From Nitrosopumilus sp. (GTDB taxonomy: Archaea; Thermoproteota; Nitrososphaeria; Nitrososphaerales; Nitrosopumilaceae), in contig OZ244650.1 of the NCBI GenBank assembly GCA_965218785.1, forward strand, positions 448,001 through 512,000: 64,000 nt of DNA, read 5' to 3'. The notes beneath the pieces were generated by a model. It saw only the letters and a program-made list of their open reading frames with translations. It ran no database searches and was not told the origin of the DNA. The position numbers and the translations under genes are program-made. Numbering within the stretch: position 1 is the first letter of the stretch; each line of letters starts with the position of its first letter. Below, piece after piece: positions 19,102-28,373 of the stretch.

Positions 19102-19896
19102 TCATTTACGAGATTGTCTGACCACGTTTTTCCTGACAGTTCTGTTTGCAATATTTGCTGCGATTCCCCCTGCTGCAATCCCGTTATCTATATTTACAAC
19201 TGATAATCCCAAGGAGCAGCTTTGTAGCATTGATGCAAGGGCGGCTATCCCTTTTTCTCCATACCCATACCCTACTGATGTCGGAATTCCTATGGTTGGA
19301 ATGTCTACCATGCTTGAAACCAGTGTGGCCAGGGCCCCCTCCATTCCTGCAGCTACAATAATACAGTCCACATCTTCTTTTATCATCTCCTTTAAAACCG
19401 GAAAAATTCTTTGAATTCCTGCAACTCCCACATCATAACTTGTAATACATTTACAGTTCATGGCCTCACATACCAGTCTGGACTCTTCTGCCACTCCAAT
19501 ATCTGATGTTCCTGCAGTGATTATTCCCACCATGCCCCCGTGAAATTTTATGGGTTTTTTGAATAACAGCAACGATGACGAATTTTTCCCTGTCTTTACC
19601 CTTACCTTTAGTCTCTTTGCAAACGACAGAATTTTTGTATAATCCTCTTTTTTGATCCTTGAAATAATCACCGAATTAGCTTTTTCCAGAGTCCTCTTTG
19701 CAATCTTTTTAATTTCATCTAGCTCTTTGGTTTCTGCAAAAACTATCTCTGGAATCCCCCTTCTCTTTCTCCTGTTGATGTCGATCTTTGCAAACCCCTC
19801 AACCTCTTCAATAGAATATAATGAAAGAAGTTTTTTTGCATTATCGACTGAAATTTTACCTGATTTCAACGATTCCAAAATCTCATAAATTTCCAA
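19102..19896 (-). CDS. larB: Nickel-pincer cofactor biosynthesis carboxylase/hydrolase LarB
   Basis: RRGIPEIVFAETK, AGTSD, AGMEGAL, PTSVGYG, SMLQSC, VVNIDNG. Confidence 0.92.
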   Translation of the reverse strand: MEIYEILESLKSGKISVDNAKKLLSLYSIEEVEGFAKIDINRRKRRGIPEIVFAETKELDEIKKIAKRTLEKANSVIISRIKKEDYTKILSFAKRLKVRVKTGKNSSSLLLFKKPIKFHGGMVGIITAGTSDIGVAEESRLVCEAMNCKCITSYDVGVAGIQRIFPVLKEMIKEDVDCIIVAAGMEGALATLVSSMVDIPTIGIPTSVGYGYGEKGIAALASMLQSCSLGLSVVNIDNGIAAGGIAANIANRTVRKNVVRQSRK

Positions 19897-19929
19897 TGAT
19901 GGTTTTCCCCTGCTTGGATAAAAAAAGGC

Positions 19930-20844
19930 TTAGATCTCAATACCTGAAATTGCATCTTTTACACTCTTGACTCCCTTGTCAAAAACCTGTTTCTCTTCAT
20001 CGTTTAGATCCAACTCGATAATTTTCTCAACACCCCTCCTTCCAATGACTGCCGGAACTCCTATTGTGACATCAGAATGACCGTATTGTCCATCAAGATA
20101 TGTTGCAACTGGAATGACCTGTTTTCTGTCTTTTTGAACCGATTCGACAATTGCGGAAATTGCATTTCCTGGAGCGTGTACAGTCGCACCTTTTAATTCG
20201 ATAACTTTTGCTGCAACCTGTTTTGTATTTTGAATTAATTCATCCAATTTTTCCTTTGAAAGAAACGATGTTAATGGAATTCCAGACACTGATGAAAATC
20301 TCGGTAATGGAAGCATGTTTTCTCCATGTTCTCCGATCACCAGGGCTCTTATGGAATCACGGGAATGACCTGTTGCTTCATGGATGAACTGTCTGAATCT
20401 TGACAAGTCAAGCATTCCTCCCATTCCAAACACCCTGCTTTTGTCAAATCCCGAGGTTTTGTATGTGATGTATGTCATTGGATCAAGCGGGTTTGTTACT
20501 GGTATAATCATGGAATCATCTGCATATTTTTTGATATTTTCTACTACACTTTTAACAATAGACGAGTTAATCTTCAAAAGATCCATTCGTGTCATCCCCG
20601 GCTTTCTTCCGGACCCTGCAACAACTACAACAATGTTTGAGCCTTTCATGTCTTCATAGTTGTTAGAACCCTTTACCTCCACATCAATTCCCTGTTCTGA
20701 GAGCATATGGTTGATATCCATCGCTTCCCCCTGTGGCAATCCTTCAACAACGTCTAGTAGCAAAATTTGATCATCTAGCCGTTTTAATGCAGAGAATAAT
20801 GCGGCATCTCCGCCGACCTTGCCTGAACCAATTATGGTGATCAT
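19930..20844 (-). CDS. mdh: Malate dehydrogenase (LDH-like)
   Basis: [33 protein letters not shown]; ATG at 20844 preferred. Confidence 0.93.
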   Translation of the reverse strand: MITIIGSGKVGGDAALFSALKRLDDQILLLDVVEGLPQGEAMDINHMLSEQGIDVEVKGSNNYEDMKGSNIVVVVAGSGRKPGMTRMDLLKINSSIVKSVVENIKKYADDSMIIPVTNPLDPMTYITYKTSGFDKSRVFGMGGMLDLSRFRQFIHEATGHSRDSIRALVIGEHGENMLPLPRFSSVSGIPLTSFLSKEKLDELIQNTKQVAAKVIELKGATVHAPGNAISAIVESVQKDRKQVIPVATYLDGQYGHSDVTIGVPAVIGRRGVEKIIELDLNDEEKQVFDKGVKSVKDAISGIEI

Positions 20845-21074
20845 AATGACGCTGTTAATTTTCAATAATTAAATCTAATGAACCGCAAAAGCAGGGATAA
20901 AACATCAATGTCATCTCAATTCCACGGAAACCTCTTAATCGTAAGGATACTGCCAGTCCTGCCCCTCTTATTATAAGAAAAAAAATAATTGACAGCTATT
21001 CCAGATGACTGGCCAAATCGTGAATTTCTGAACAATTAGGCGAATTTATAAGCATTTTTGATAATTTTTAATCC

Positions 21075-22307
21075 ATGGTCTTGGTAATTGATCCACAGAT
21101 TGCCGGAATATCCGGAGACATGCTTCTTTGTTCCTTGATAGATTTGGGTGCTGATAAAAACAAAATAATTGACGGAATTGAACAGTCAGAAAAATTTTTC
21201 CCAAACTCATCCATTAAAAAACTCGATTTTCAAAAAATCCAAAAACACGGTGTTCAGGCAACACATATGATCCTAGAAATCAAAGAAGACACTGATAAAA
21301 GAAAGGGTCTGGAGATAAAAAAGGCAATCACTGATTCCACACATGTGATTGGGCTTTCAGAAAAGGCGCAAACATTTGCAAAGTCTTGTGTTGATACCCT
21401 GATCTCTTCAGAGTCTGAAATTCATGGTGTCTCTGAGGATTCTGTTCATTTCCATGAGGCATCTAGTATTGACACCCTTGTGGATATAGTCGGCATCACA
21501 ATTGCCTTGGAGGATCTGGGACTGTTTGATGAAAAAATTGTATGTCTGCCCATATCTGTTGGCGGCGGCTCTATAACCTTCTCACATGGAACCGTGTCAA
21601 ATCCGGCAGGAGCAATTCTTGAGATTTTTAAAAACTCAAATCTGACAATCAAAGGCAGTGCCGCAAATGACGAACTTACAACCCCCACAGGTGCCTGTAT
21701 TTTAGTAAATCTGACAAATGACGCCATGGAATATTACCCTTCCATGAAAGTCAGATCCGTCGGTTATGGCGCCGGACAAAAAGATTTTGAATCCTTTGCA
21801 AACGTTCTAAAGATTATCCAAGGGACTGAAAATAATTTTGAGATTGACTCTGTCAAGATTCTGGAGACAAATGTGGATGATGTTTCTGGGGAAATCCTTG
21901 GAAATCTGATTGAAAAAATTATGGAAAAAGGCGCAAAAGACGTCTCAATTTTTCATGGAATCACAAAGAAAGGACGGCCTACAAACCTGGTGTCTGTAAT
22001 TTGCAGTGACGAAAATGTTGATGCCATAGTTGATACACTGGTACTTGAAACCGGAACATTGGGAATTCGAGTTTCTGATTCTAACAGATTCATCGTTCCT
22101 AGAACCGTTCATAACGCCTCTCTGAGCTTGAATGGAGAATCTTTTAAAGTAAGCTACAAAAAATCCAACTTTAAGGGGAAGATTGATTTTAAAATCGAGT
22201 TTGATGATTTGAAGGCTGTCTCTAATGTTATTGACAAGTCAATCAAGGCCACAGAGTCTATACTAAGAAAAGAGATTGAAAAACTGGAGGATGTACGTAG
22301 TGACTAA
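21075..22307 (+). CDS. larC: Nickel insertase LarC
   Basis: GISGDM, VHFHE, ELTTPTGA, GYGAG, ETNVDD, TKKGRP, ETGTLGIR. Confidence 0.92.
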   Translation: MVLVIDPQIAGISGDMLLCSLIDLGADKNKIIDGIEQSEKFFPNSSIKKLDFQKIQKHGVQATHMILEIKEDTDKRKGLEIKKAITDSTHVIGLSEKAQTFAKSCVDTLISSESEIHGVSEDSVHFHEASSIDTLVDIVGITIALEDLGLFDEKIVCLPISVGGGSITFSHGTVSNPAGAILEIFKNSNLTIKGSAANDELTTPTGACILVNLTNDAMEYYPSMKVRSVGYGAGQKDFESFANVLKIIQGTENNFEIDSVKILETNVDDVSGEILGNLIEKIMEKGAKDVSIFHGITKKGRPTNLVSVICSDENVDAIVDTLVLETGTLGIRVSDSNRFIVPRTVHNASLSLNGESFKVSYKKSNFKGKIDFKIEFDDLKAVSNVIDKSIKATESILRKEIEKLEDVRSD

Positions 22308-23097
22308 GCTTGATGATCTTGTGGATTGGTTTGAGGGCAAACATAAAGTAATGATAGCCCTTTCAGGCGGTGTTGATAGTGCACTTGTCGCATATGCGGC
22401 ATTTCAAAAATTGGGAAATTCCGCAATTGCAGTCACTGCTGATTACAAAACCCTCTCTGAGGAGGAACTCCAAACGGCCAGACAAGTATGCTCTGAGATA
22501 GGCATCTCACAGTTGTTTCTGGACTATGACGAACTTGAAAATGAAGAATTTACAAAAAATGATCCAAACCGATGTTTTCACTGTAGGCTGGAGTTGGGAG
22601 ATCACTTGGTTGAACTGGCAAAAAAACACAATATCTCGATTATCGTTGATGGTACAAATCCTGATGATTTGGACGATTATAGACCTGGAATTGAGGCCCT
22701 GAGACAAAATGGCATTAAAAGCCCGCTTGTAGAAACTAATTTCCACAAATCCCAGATTAGATCTGCTGCAAGATCAGTGGGATTGTCCGTACATGATAAA
22801 CCATCAAACTCTTGTCTGGCATCAAGAATTCCCTGGGGACAAAAAGTGACTGCTGAAAAACTGACTAGGATTGAATTTGGCGAAACCATCGTCAGGCAGC
22901 TTACAGAAATTAAACAGGTTCGTGTCCGTGATATTAACGGTTCTGCAAAAATTGAAGTTGAGAAAGAAATGCTTTACAAATTTGATGATGATATCTTAAA
23001 ACAACTTGTTGTAAAACTCAAGATGATTGGATTTTCTGCAGTTGAAGTTGATAAAGACGGGTACAAGCCGGGAAAAATTAATGTGATTGCAGATTGA
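22300..23097 (+). CDS. larE: ATP-dependent sulfur transferase LarE
   Basis: SGGVDS PP-loop, RCFHC, DGTN, DYRPG, PSNSCLASRIP; GTG at 22300 preferred. Confidence 0.92.
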   Translation: MTKLDDLVDWFEGKHKVMIALSGGVDSALVAYAAFQKLGNSAIAVTADYKTLSEEELQTARQVCSEIGISQLFLDYDELENEEFTKNDPNRCFHCRLELGDHLVELAKKHNISIIVDGTNPDDLDDYRPGIEALRQNGIKSPLVETNFHKSQIRSAARSVGLSVHDKPSNSCLASRIPWGQKVTAEKLTRIEFGETIVRQLTEIKQVRVRDINGSAKIEVEKEMLYKFDDDILKQLVVKLKMIGFSAVEVDKDGYKPGKINVIAD

Positions 23098-24263
23098 TAT
23101 ATTTGGATAATGCCGCCTCTACGCAAATTCATAAAGATGTCTTGGACTCGATGCTGCCTTTTCTTAAGGAACAATACGGTAATCCGTCATCAATACATCG
23201 TTATGGCAGAACGGCCCACAAGGCAGTTGAAAAAGCAAGAAAACACATCGCATCTTTAATTAATGCGGATCCTTCTGAAATTTTGATTACTTCTGGTGGC
23301 ACCGAATCAAACAACACGGCATTAAGAGGAATAGCCATGAAAACCCCCTCCAGTCATATCATTACATCCTCCATTGAACATGACGCAGTTTTAGAACCCT
23401 GTAAAAAACTGGCTCAAAATGGGTTTGATCTTGATTATCTTCCGGTAGATCAATCCGGCATGATAGATCCGTCAGAACTTGCCACCCTTATTTCTAAGAA
23501 AACCAGTCTTGTTTCAATAATGTTTGGAAACAACGAAGTCGGTACAATCCAGCCGATCCCTGAAATAGCAAAAATATGCAATGAGCATAACATCCCTTTT
23601 CACACTGATGCAGTACAGGCAGTTGGAAAAATCCCAATCGACGTTAATGAATTGGGCATAGACTTGCTATCTATCTCCTCTCACAAACTTTATGGTCCCA
23701 AGGGGGTAGGTGCACTATACATCAGAGATGGCATCAATATAGATCCTGTAATTTTAGGCGGTGGTCAGGAACATGGATTGCGTTCTGGAACTGAAAATGT
23801 TGCCAATATTGTCGGATTTGGCAAGGCATGTGATATTGCAAAAAGCAGGCTAGAGGAAGATACCGCTTTTGTAAAAAAACTCCGTGATTCCTTAGTTGAA
23901 AATGTATTAAATAAAATTCCCAAAGTATCCCTGAATGGCCATGCTGAATCCCGGCTGCCTAACAATGCACATTTTACTTTTCTTGGTGTCAATGGAGAAG
24001 ATTTGATCATCAAACTTGATGAATATGGAATTGCAGCATCTACGGGATCTGCATGTTCTGTAAATACACAAAAAGCCTCCCACGTTCTAGAGGCAATGGG
24101 TTTTTCACTTGAACAAATTACCGGTTCTTTGCGATTAACAGTGGGTATTTTCAATGATCAAAACGAAATTGAAAAGACAGTTGCCATTCTCCAAAAAGCA
24201 GTCCAGGAACTCCGTTTAGTTTCTCCGTTCAAAGAAAAATATTCTTTTGTATCTAAAAACTAG
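23094..24263 (+). CDS. iscS: Cysteine desulfurase (IscS/NifS)
   Basis: YLDNAAST, SGGTESNN, HTDAVQ, SSHKLYGPKG, STGSAC. Confidence 0.93.
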   Translation: MIYLDNAASTQIHKDVLDSMLPFLKEQYGNPSSIHRYGRTAHKAVEKARKHIASLINADPSEILITSGGTESNNTALRGIAMKTPSSHIITSSIEHDAVLEPCKKLAQNGFDLDYLPVDQSGMIDPSELATLISKKTSLVSIMFGNNEVGTIQPIPEIAKICNEHNIPFHTDAVQAVGKIPIDVNELGIDLLSISSHKLYGPKGVGALYIRDGINIDPVILGGGQEHGLRSGTENVANIVGFGKACDIAKSRLEEDTAFVKKLRDSLVENVLNKIPKVSLNGHAESRLPNNAHFTFLGVNGEDLIIKLDEYGIAASTGSACSVNTQKASHVLEAMGFSLEQITGSLRLTVGIFNDQNEIEKTVAILQKAVQELRLVSPFKEKYSFVSKN

Positions 24264-25069
24264 GCTTTAATTTGAAATTTGTTTCTGGAGAATATCACTG
24301 CAGTCATAATGCCTGCAATTAATATCATCATTACAATCATTCCAAATTCGGGAACTACATACGTTCCAATGATCTCAATTTCTGAATCGCCTTTTACAAA
24401 ACCTACTGTTATTGCTCTGGATTCTCCAAGTACCGCCGGTTCTTCATGGGGTACTTCTACTCCATCAATGTAAATTATGAATGGAACATCCTTCCCACTT
24501 TCGTTTTCTGCACCTATGAATTCTCTGGGCAAATCCAATATTATGTTCCCTTCATCAAGGGCATCAATTTGTATTTTAATTCCAAAAATATCGGAATTTA
24601 CTACTATATCTTTAACTGTACCTCCACTAATGCTATATTCCACATCAAATGTTCCATGACTTCCGGCATCTATCTCAAAAATCGTCTTATCCTGAAAAAT
24701 GACTGCTTTTGGCGAATAGCTAAACGTAGTTTCTATCGTGTCTAGGTAGACTGCTTTTACTGTGTACTCCCCTGCGTTTTGCCATTTGGGACCTTCGGCA
24801 AGAACTGTCGTTATGAATCCTCCATCCTGCGCAACATTGAGTTGATCAATATCTACTAGTTCCCTAGTTTCAGAAATAACCTGTATTATGACTGGTGTCT
24901 CACCAATCACCGTGCCCACATTACCTGATATGACAATCGTGTCACCTTCATGATAAATGGCATCGTCGGTTTGAACTGAAAAGGATTCGGCAAAAACAGT
25001 TGTAGTAGAAATAAAAAATAAAAACAATACTGTCCCATAAAATATTTTAACGTTCACAACTTTCCACAT
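24260..25069 (-). CDS. PEFG-CTERM surface protein (divergent tail)
   Basis: Signal peptide; VVPEFG followed by TM and basic tail; ATG at 25069 preferred. Confidence 0.88.
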   Translation of the reverse strand: MWKVVNVKIFYGTVLFLFFISTTTVFAESFSVQTDDAIYHEGDTIVISGNVGTVIGETPVIIQVISETRELVDIDQLNVAQDGGFITTVLAEGPKWQNAGEYTVKAVYLDTIETTFSYSPKAVIFQDKTIFEIDAGSHGTFDVEYSISGGTVKDIVVNSDIFGIKIQIDALDEGNIILDLPREFIGAENESGKDVPFIIYIDGVEVPHEEPAVLGESRAITVGFVKGDSEIEIIGTYVVPEFGMIVMMILIAGIMTAVIFSRNKFQIKA

Positions 25070-25122
25070 ATTCGTTTGTATATTTCCTTTACTATTAAAA
25101 ATGAAAAAATGAAAAAAAGTTG

Positions 25123-25230
25123 TGATTTTAGTATCTTGGTATGATGCTGAGTCTTGATTTTGCAGATACTGCAATTACTGTGATAATTGCTACTGCTAGA
25201 ATCATGGCTGCAATTACACCGAACTCTGGA
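25123..25230. repeat. 108-bp direct repeat, copy A (PEFG tail plus stop)
   Basis: 3 mismatches versus copy C and 5 versus copy B by manual alignment. Confidence 0.95.
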
Positions 25231-26036
25231 ATCACCCATGTAGCGATAATTTCAATTTGCTCAGTGCCTGCTGGGAACATGACTGCTATATGATTTACAT
25301 CAATTTCAACATCATCTGGCTCTTCTCTGTCAACTAGTACAAAGAAGGGACCTGTGGCTACTGTCATTGCTGGATCTATTATTAGCATTCCATCGTCTTC
25401 AGCATCTATGTTGATGACAATTGATTTATCCCTAATATTGATCGCCGCACTAGTTACTGTTCCACCTGAAATACTGTATGGTATACATTGGCCACTTGCA
25501 GTTAACTCGTCAACACCACATATGTCTGGTGTATCGTAGTTTGGTACGAATAGGACTCCACCGGTTAGTTCAACTTTGACATTGTTACTTTTTTCAGCAC
25601 TGCCATAGCTTACTTTAATGATGTATGTGCCATCGTATTTCCACAGTGAGCCTGCTGTATTTAGCGTAGTCTCAAAACTGCCATCATTTGCTACATCGAG
25701 TTGACCGATTGTAACCAAGGAGTTTAGCGGACTAACAACAGTTAGTGCAACTGGAATTCCAGATCTATTTGCCACCTGACCTGATACCTTGATCATGTCG
25801 CTGTGATTATAATCTGTTTTATCTGTCCAAACAGAAATTGGAAGGTCATCAAGCAACATCTGATTTGCAGCTATCCTGGCATCCTCTATGGAACACCCTA
25901 CTACACATTCCTGTGGGATATCACGATCTTCCATATATTCACCACCTTCGCTATCTTCAGCATATGTAGTTGACATGGTTAAAGTACCAACTGCGGTCAA
26001 AACGGCTAGTAGCACGAATGACGTACGATTGTTCAT
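25128..26036 (-). CDS. PEFG-CTERM surface protein
   Basis: Signal peptide; ends VIPEFGVIAAMILAVAIITVIAVSAKSRLSIIPRY. Confidence 0.92.
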   Translation of the reverse strand: MNNRTSFVLLAVLTAVGTLTMSTTYAEDSEGGEYMEDRDIPQECVVGCSIEDARIAANQMLLDDLPISVWTDKTDYNHSDMIKVSGQVANRSGIPVALTVVSPLNSLVTIGQLDVANDGSFETTLNTAGSLWKYDGTYIIKVSYGSAEKSNNVKVELTGGVLFVPNYDTPDICGVDELTASGQCIPYSISGGTVTSAAINIRDKSIVINIDAEDDGMLIIDPAMTVATGPFFVLVDREEPDDVEIDVNHIAVMFPAGTEQIEIIATWVIPEFGVIAAMILAVAIITVIAVSAKSRLSIIPRY

Positions 26037-26090
26037 TGTTGCAATTTACATCTATCACTATTTATGTATATTTAAAAATGAAAAAAAGTG

Positions 26091-26198
26091 TGATTTTAGT
26101 ATCTTGGTATGATGCTGAGTCTTGATTTTGCAGATACTGCAATTATTGTGATAATCGCTACTGCTAGAATCATGGCTGCAATTGCACCGAATTCTGGC
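26091..26198. repeat. 108-bp direct repeat, copy B
   Basis: 4 mismatches versus copy C. Confidence 0.95.
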
Positions 26199-26953
26199 AC
26201 TATTACCCCGCCTTCAATTTCCACTTCGCTTGTAGCAATATATTTTGGATCATCTGATTGCTGTGCGGTAACGGTGTAAAATCCATCCTCATTCCATAAT
26301 GATCCGCCTATGTTGATTATAGTTGCAAATTTGCCATCAATTTCCGGTGATACTTGACTGATTGTTGCAACATTCCCATTTGGGGCCTTTACAGTCAATG
26401 TGATGTCCTGGCTTAGTCTGTCAGTTAATCCGCTGACCATAAACATTGCTGATCCATATTCGGCAACTACATCAAGCTCGATCCCTGCGTCTTTGGCAAC
26501 ATTTGGTCCCAAGTTAACAATTCCTGACCCTAAATTAGATTCAGTTACAAAAGTTTTTTCAGTCATGCCGTTTATTACTAAAACCTCGACAAACATGTGA
26601 TATAGTGAACTTGATCCTGACGTTGCAGTAATTTTATAGCGTCCATCTTCATTCCAAGTTGAACCAATTTTGAATTCTTTTACAAATCTTCCATCGGCCT
26701 CTGGTGAAATCTGATCAATATCTACTCGATTATTCCCACTTGGTGATTTTACTATCAATGTTACATCTGTGGCAACTGAAAATGTCTGACCTGTGATAGT
26801 AATGGTGTCTGAGCCTTTATCTGCAGTAGCTGTGATGGACATTCCTGCATCTTGAGCAAAAACATCCTGCTGAACCGCAGTCACTGAAATTAATGATAGC
26901 ACCATAAGGACTAGTGTCATTGATGTCGTAGAACGTTTGAAATTCATCCTCAT
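26096..26953 (-). CDS. PEFG-CTERM surface protein (two internal Ig-like repeats)
   Basis: Signal peptide; duplicated motif xPxGN...QxSPExDGxF...GSxWNEDGxY; ends PEFG...SAKSRLSIIPRY. Confidence 0.92.
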   Translation of the reverse strand: MRMNFKRSTTSMTLVLMVLSLISVTAVQQDVFAQDAGMSITATADKGSDTITITGQTFSVATDVTLIVKSPSGNNRVDIDQISPEADGRFVKEFKIGSTWNEDGRYKITATSGSSSLYHMFVEVLVINGMTEKTFVTESNLGSGIVNLGPNVAKDAGIELDVVAEYGSAMFMVSGLTDRLSQDITLTVKAPNGNVATISQVSPEIDGKFATIINIGGSLWNEDGFYTVTAQQSDDPKYIATSEVEIEGGVIVPEFGAIAAMILAVAIITIIAVSAKSRLSIIPRY

Positions 26954-27082
26954 TCATCCCATCTATCTTTAGTATTTATATATATTTATAAATAATAATT
27001 TGGGTATCTGTGCCCTGATTTGGAAGAATAATGTCCTAAAAATCCACCGGATGGTTGTATGTATTTAAAAAGAGAAAAAAGA

Positions 27083-27190
27083 TGATTTTAGTATCTTGGT
27101 ATGATGCTGAGTCTTGATTTTGCAGATACTGCAATTATTGTGATAATTGCTACTGCTAGAATCATGGCTGCAATTGTACCGAACTCTGGA
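27083..27190. repeat. 108-bp direct repeat, copy C
   Basis: The first 55 nt are identical in all three copies. Confidence 0.95.
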
Positions 27191-27945
27191 ACTACCCAGG
27201 TACCGACTATTTCGATCTCTTGGGATCCTTCTAAGAATTCTATGGTGAGTGTTCTGTGTGTTTCTGTGACTGTTTCTGTAAAGTCACCCTCTTCCAAATC
27301 GACTAGGACAAAGAATTCAATGTCTTCACCCGTTACAGGATCAACTGCTTCTAATATCGTTCTAGGGATTGTGAGAGTTATTGAACCGTCTTCTGTGGCA
27401 TCAATATAAACAATCAGTGAATTTGCATTCACATCCGGTGTAACACCTAACAGTTTTCCACCTGTGATCGTATATCCTATCAGATCATCAGAACCTTCGA
27501 CTGAAACGGTTGTGGCAGTTACTATGCCGCCACCCCTTCTTGGTGGTTCTACTGTTGGTGATCCGCCACCACCTTCTCCATCATACTCAAATGTTACCTC
27601 GCCTGTGTTGTTTTTATTGTCTCCATATTGAGCTATGACTGTATACGTTCCAGCATACATCGCTCCTCCTACAGTCATGGTGTGGCTGAATTTGCCATCT
27701 GCACCAACTTCGGGTTGTCCAAAGTTAGCATAACCATCGTTATTGGGGTTTATCACACTGATAGTTACAGCGTATCCTCCTAGAAGTTGAGAAATCTCCC
27801 CCGTAATTAGAACTATATCACCATCTGAATAGGATTCTTTGTCTGTAGTCAGCACAATTGAGTTTTGTCCAAATGCTGGTATCGTACCAATACCTGCAAT
27901 CAAAATTGCAGATAGGACAAACATCGATAAATGAGCTTTCATCAA
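27088..27945 (-). CDS. PEFG-CTERM surface protein
   Basis: Signal peptide; ends VVPEFGTIAAMILAVAIITIIAVSAKSRLSIIPRY. Confidence 0.92.
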   Translation of the reverse strand: MMKAHLSMFVLSAILIAGIGTIPAFGQNSIVLTTDKESYSDGDIVLITGEISQLLGGYAVTISVINPNNDGYANFGQPEVGADGKFSHTMTVGGAMYAGTYTVIAQYGDNKNNTGEVTFEYDGEGGGGSPTVEPPRRGGGIVTATTVSVEGSDDLIGYTITGGKLLGVTPDVNANSLIVYIDATEDGSITLTIPRTILEAVDPVTGEDIEFFVLVDLEEGDFTETVTETHRTLTIEFLEGSQEIEIVGTWVVPEFGTIAAMILAVAIITIIAVSAKSRLSIIPRY

Positions 27946-28121
27946 GTTTACGCTCGAATTTGCACTATTTAAGGTTATGAAAAAATTTGTTGACTAAAAA
28001 AGAAAAAAGACTGCTTTTAACAAACTTCAGATTAGATATATATTAACCAGAATGTAAAATTTTGACAGTTTGTGTATATTATTTTCTATTACATTTAATG
28101 TTCTATGTGAGGGGTTTGTAG

Positions 28122-28373
28122 ATGGCAACTAAGAAAAACCAAATTCTGGTACCTGACCATATCTATGTTCCAAAACATGAAATTATCTCAAAACAGGAAG
28201 CCGAGGAAGTCATAAAAAAATACAATTGCAAACCGACTGAATTACCGCTAATCTTTGTAAACGATCCTGCGATTTTGGGGCTTGGTGTAAAACCAGGCGA
28301 TATGATTAAAATCACCCGAAAAAGCCCAACTGCCGGCAAGAGTTTCTATTACAGATATGTGGTGGAAGTATAA
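28122..28373 (+). CDS. rpoH: RNA polymerase subunit H (Rpo5)
   Basis: HIYVPKHE, LPLIFVNDP, KITRKSPTAG, YYRYV. Confidence 0.97.
   Translation: MATKKNQILVPDHIYVPKHEIISKQEAEEVIKKYNCKPTELPLIFVNDPAILGLGVKPGDMIKITRKSPTAGKSFYYRYVVEV

Noticed and set aside
25123-27190. Integron or diversity-generating retroelement explanation for the tail repeats
   Set aside because: No integrase or reverse transcriptase in the window, no RYYYAAC/GTTRRRY cores, and too few mismatches to show adenine-specific mutagenesis.
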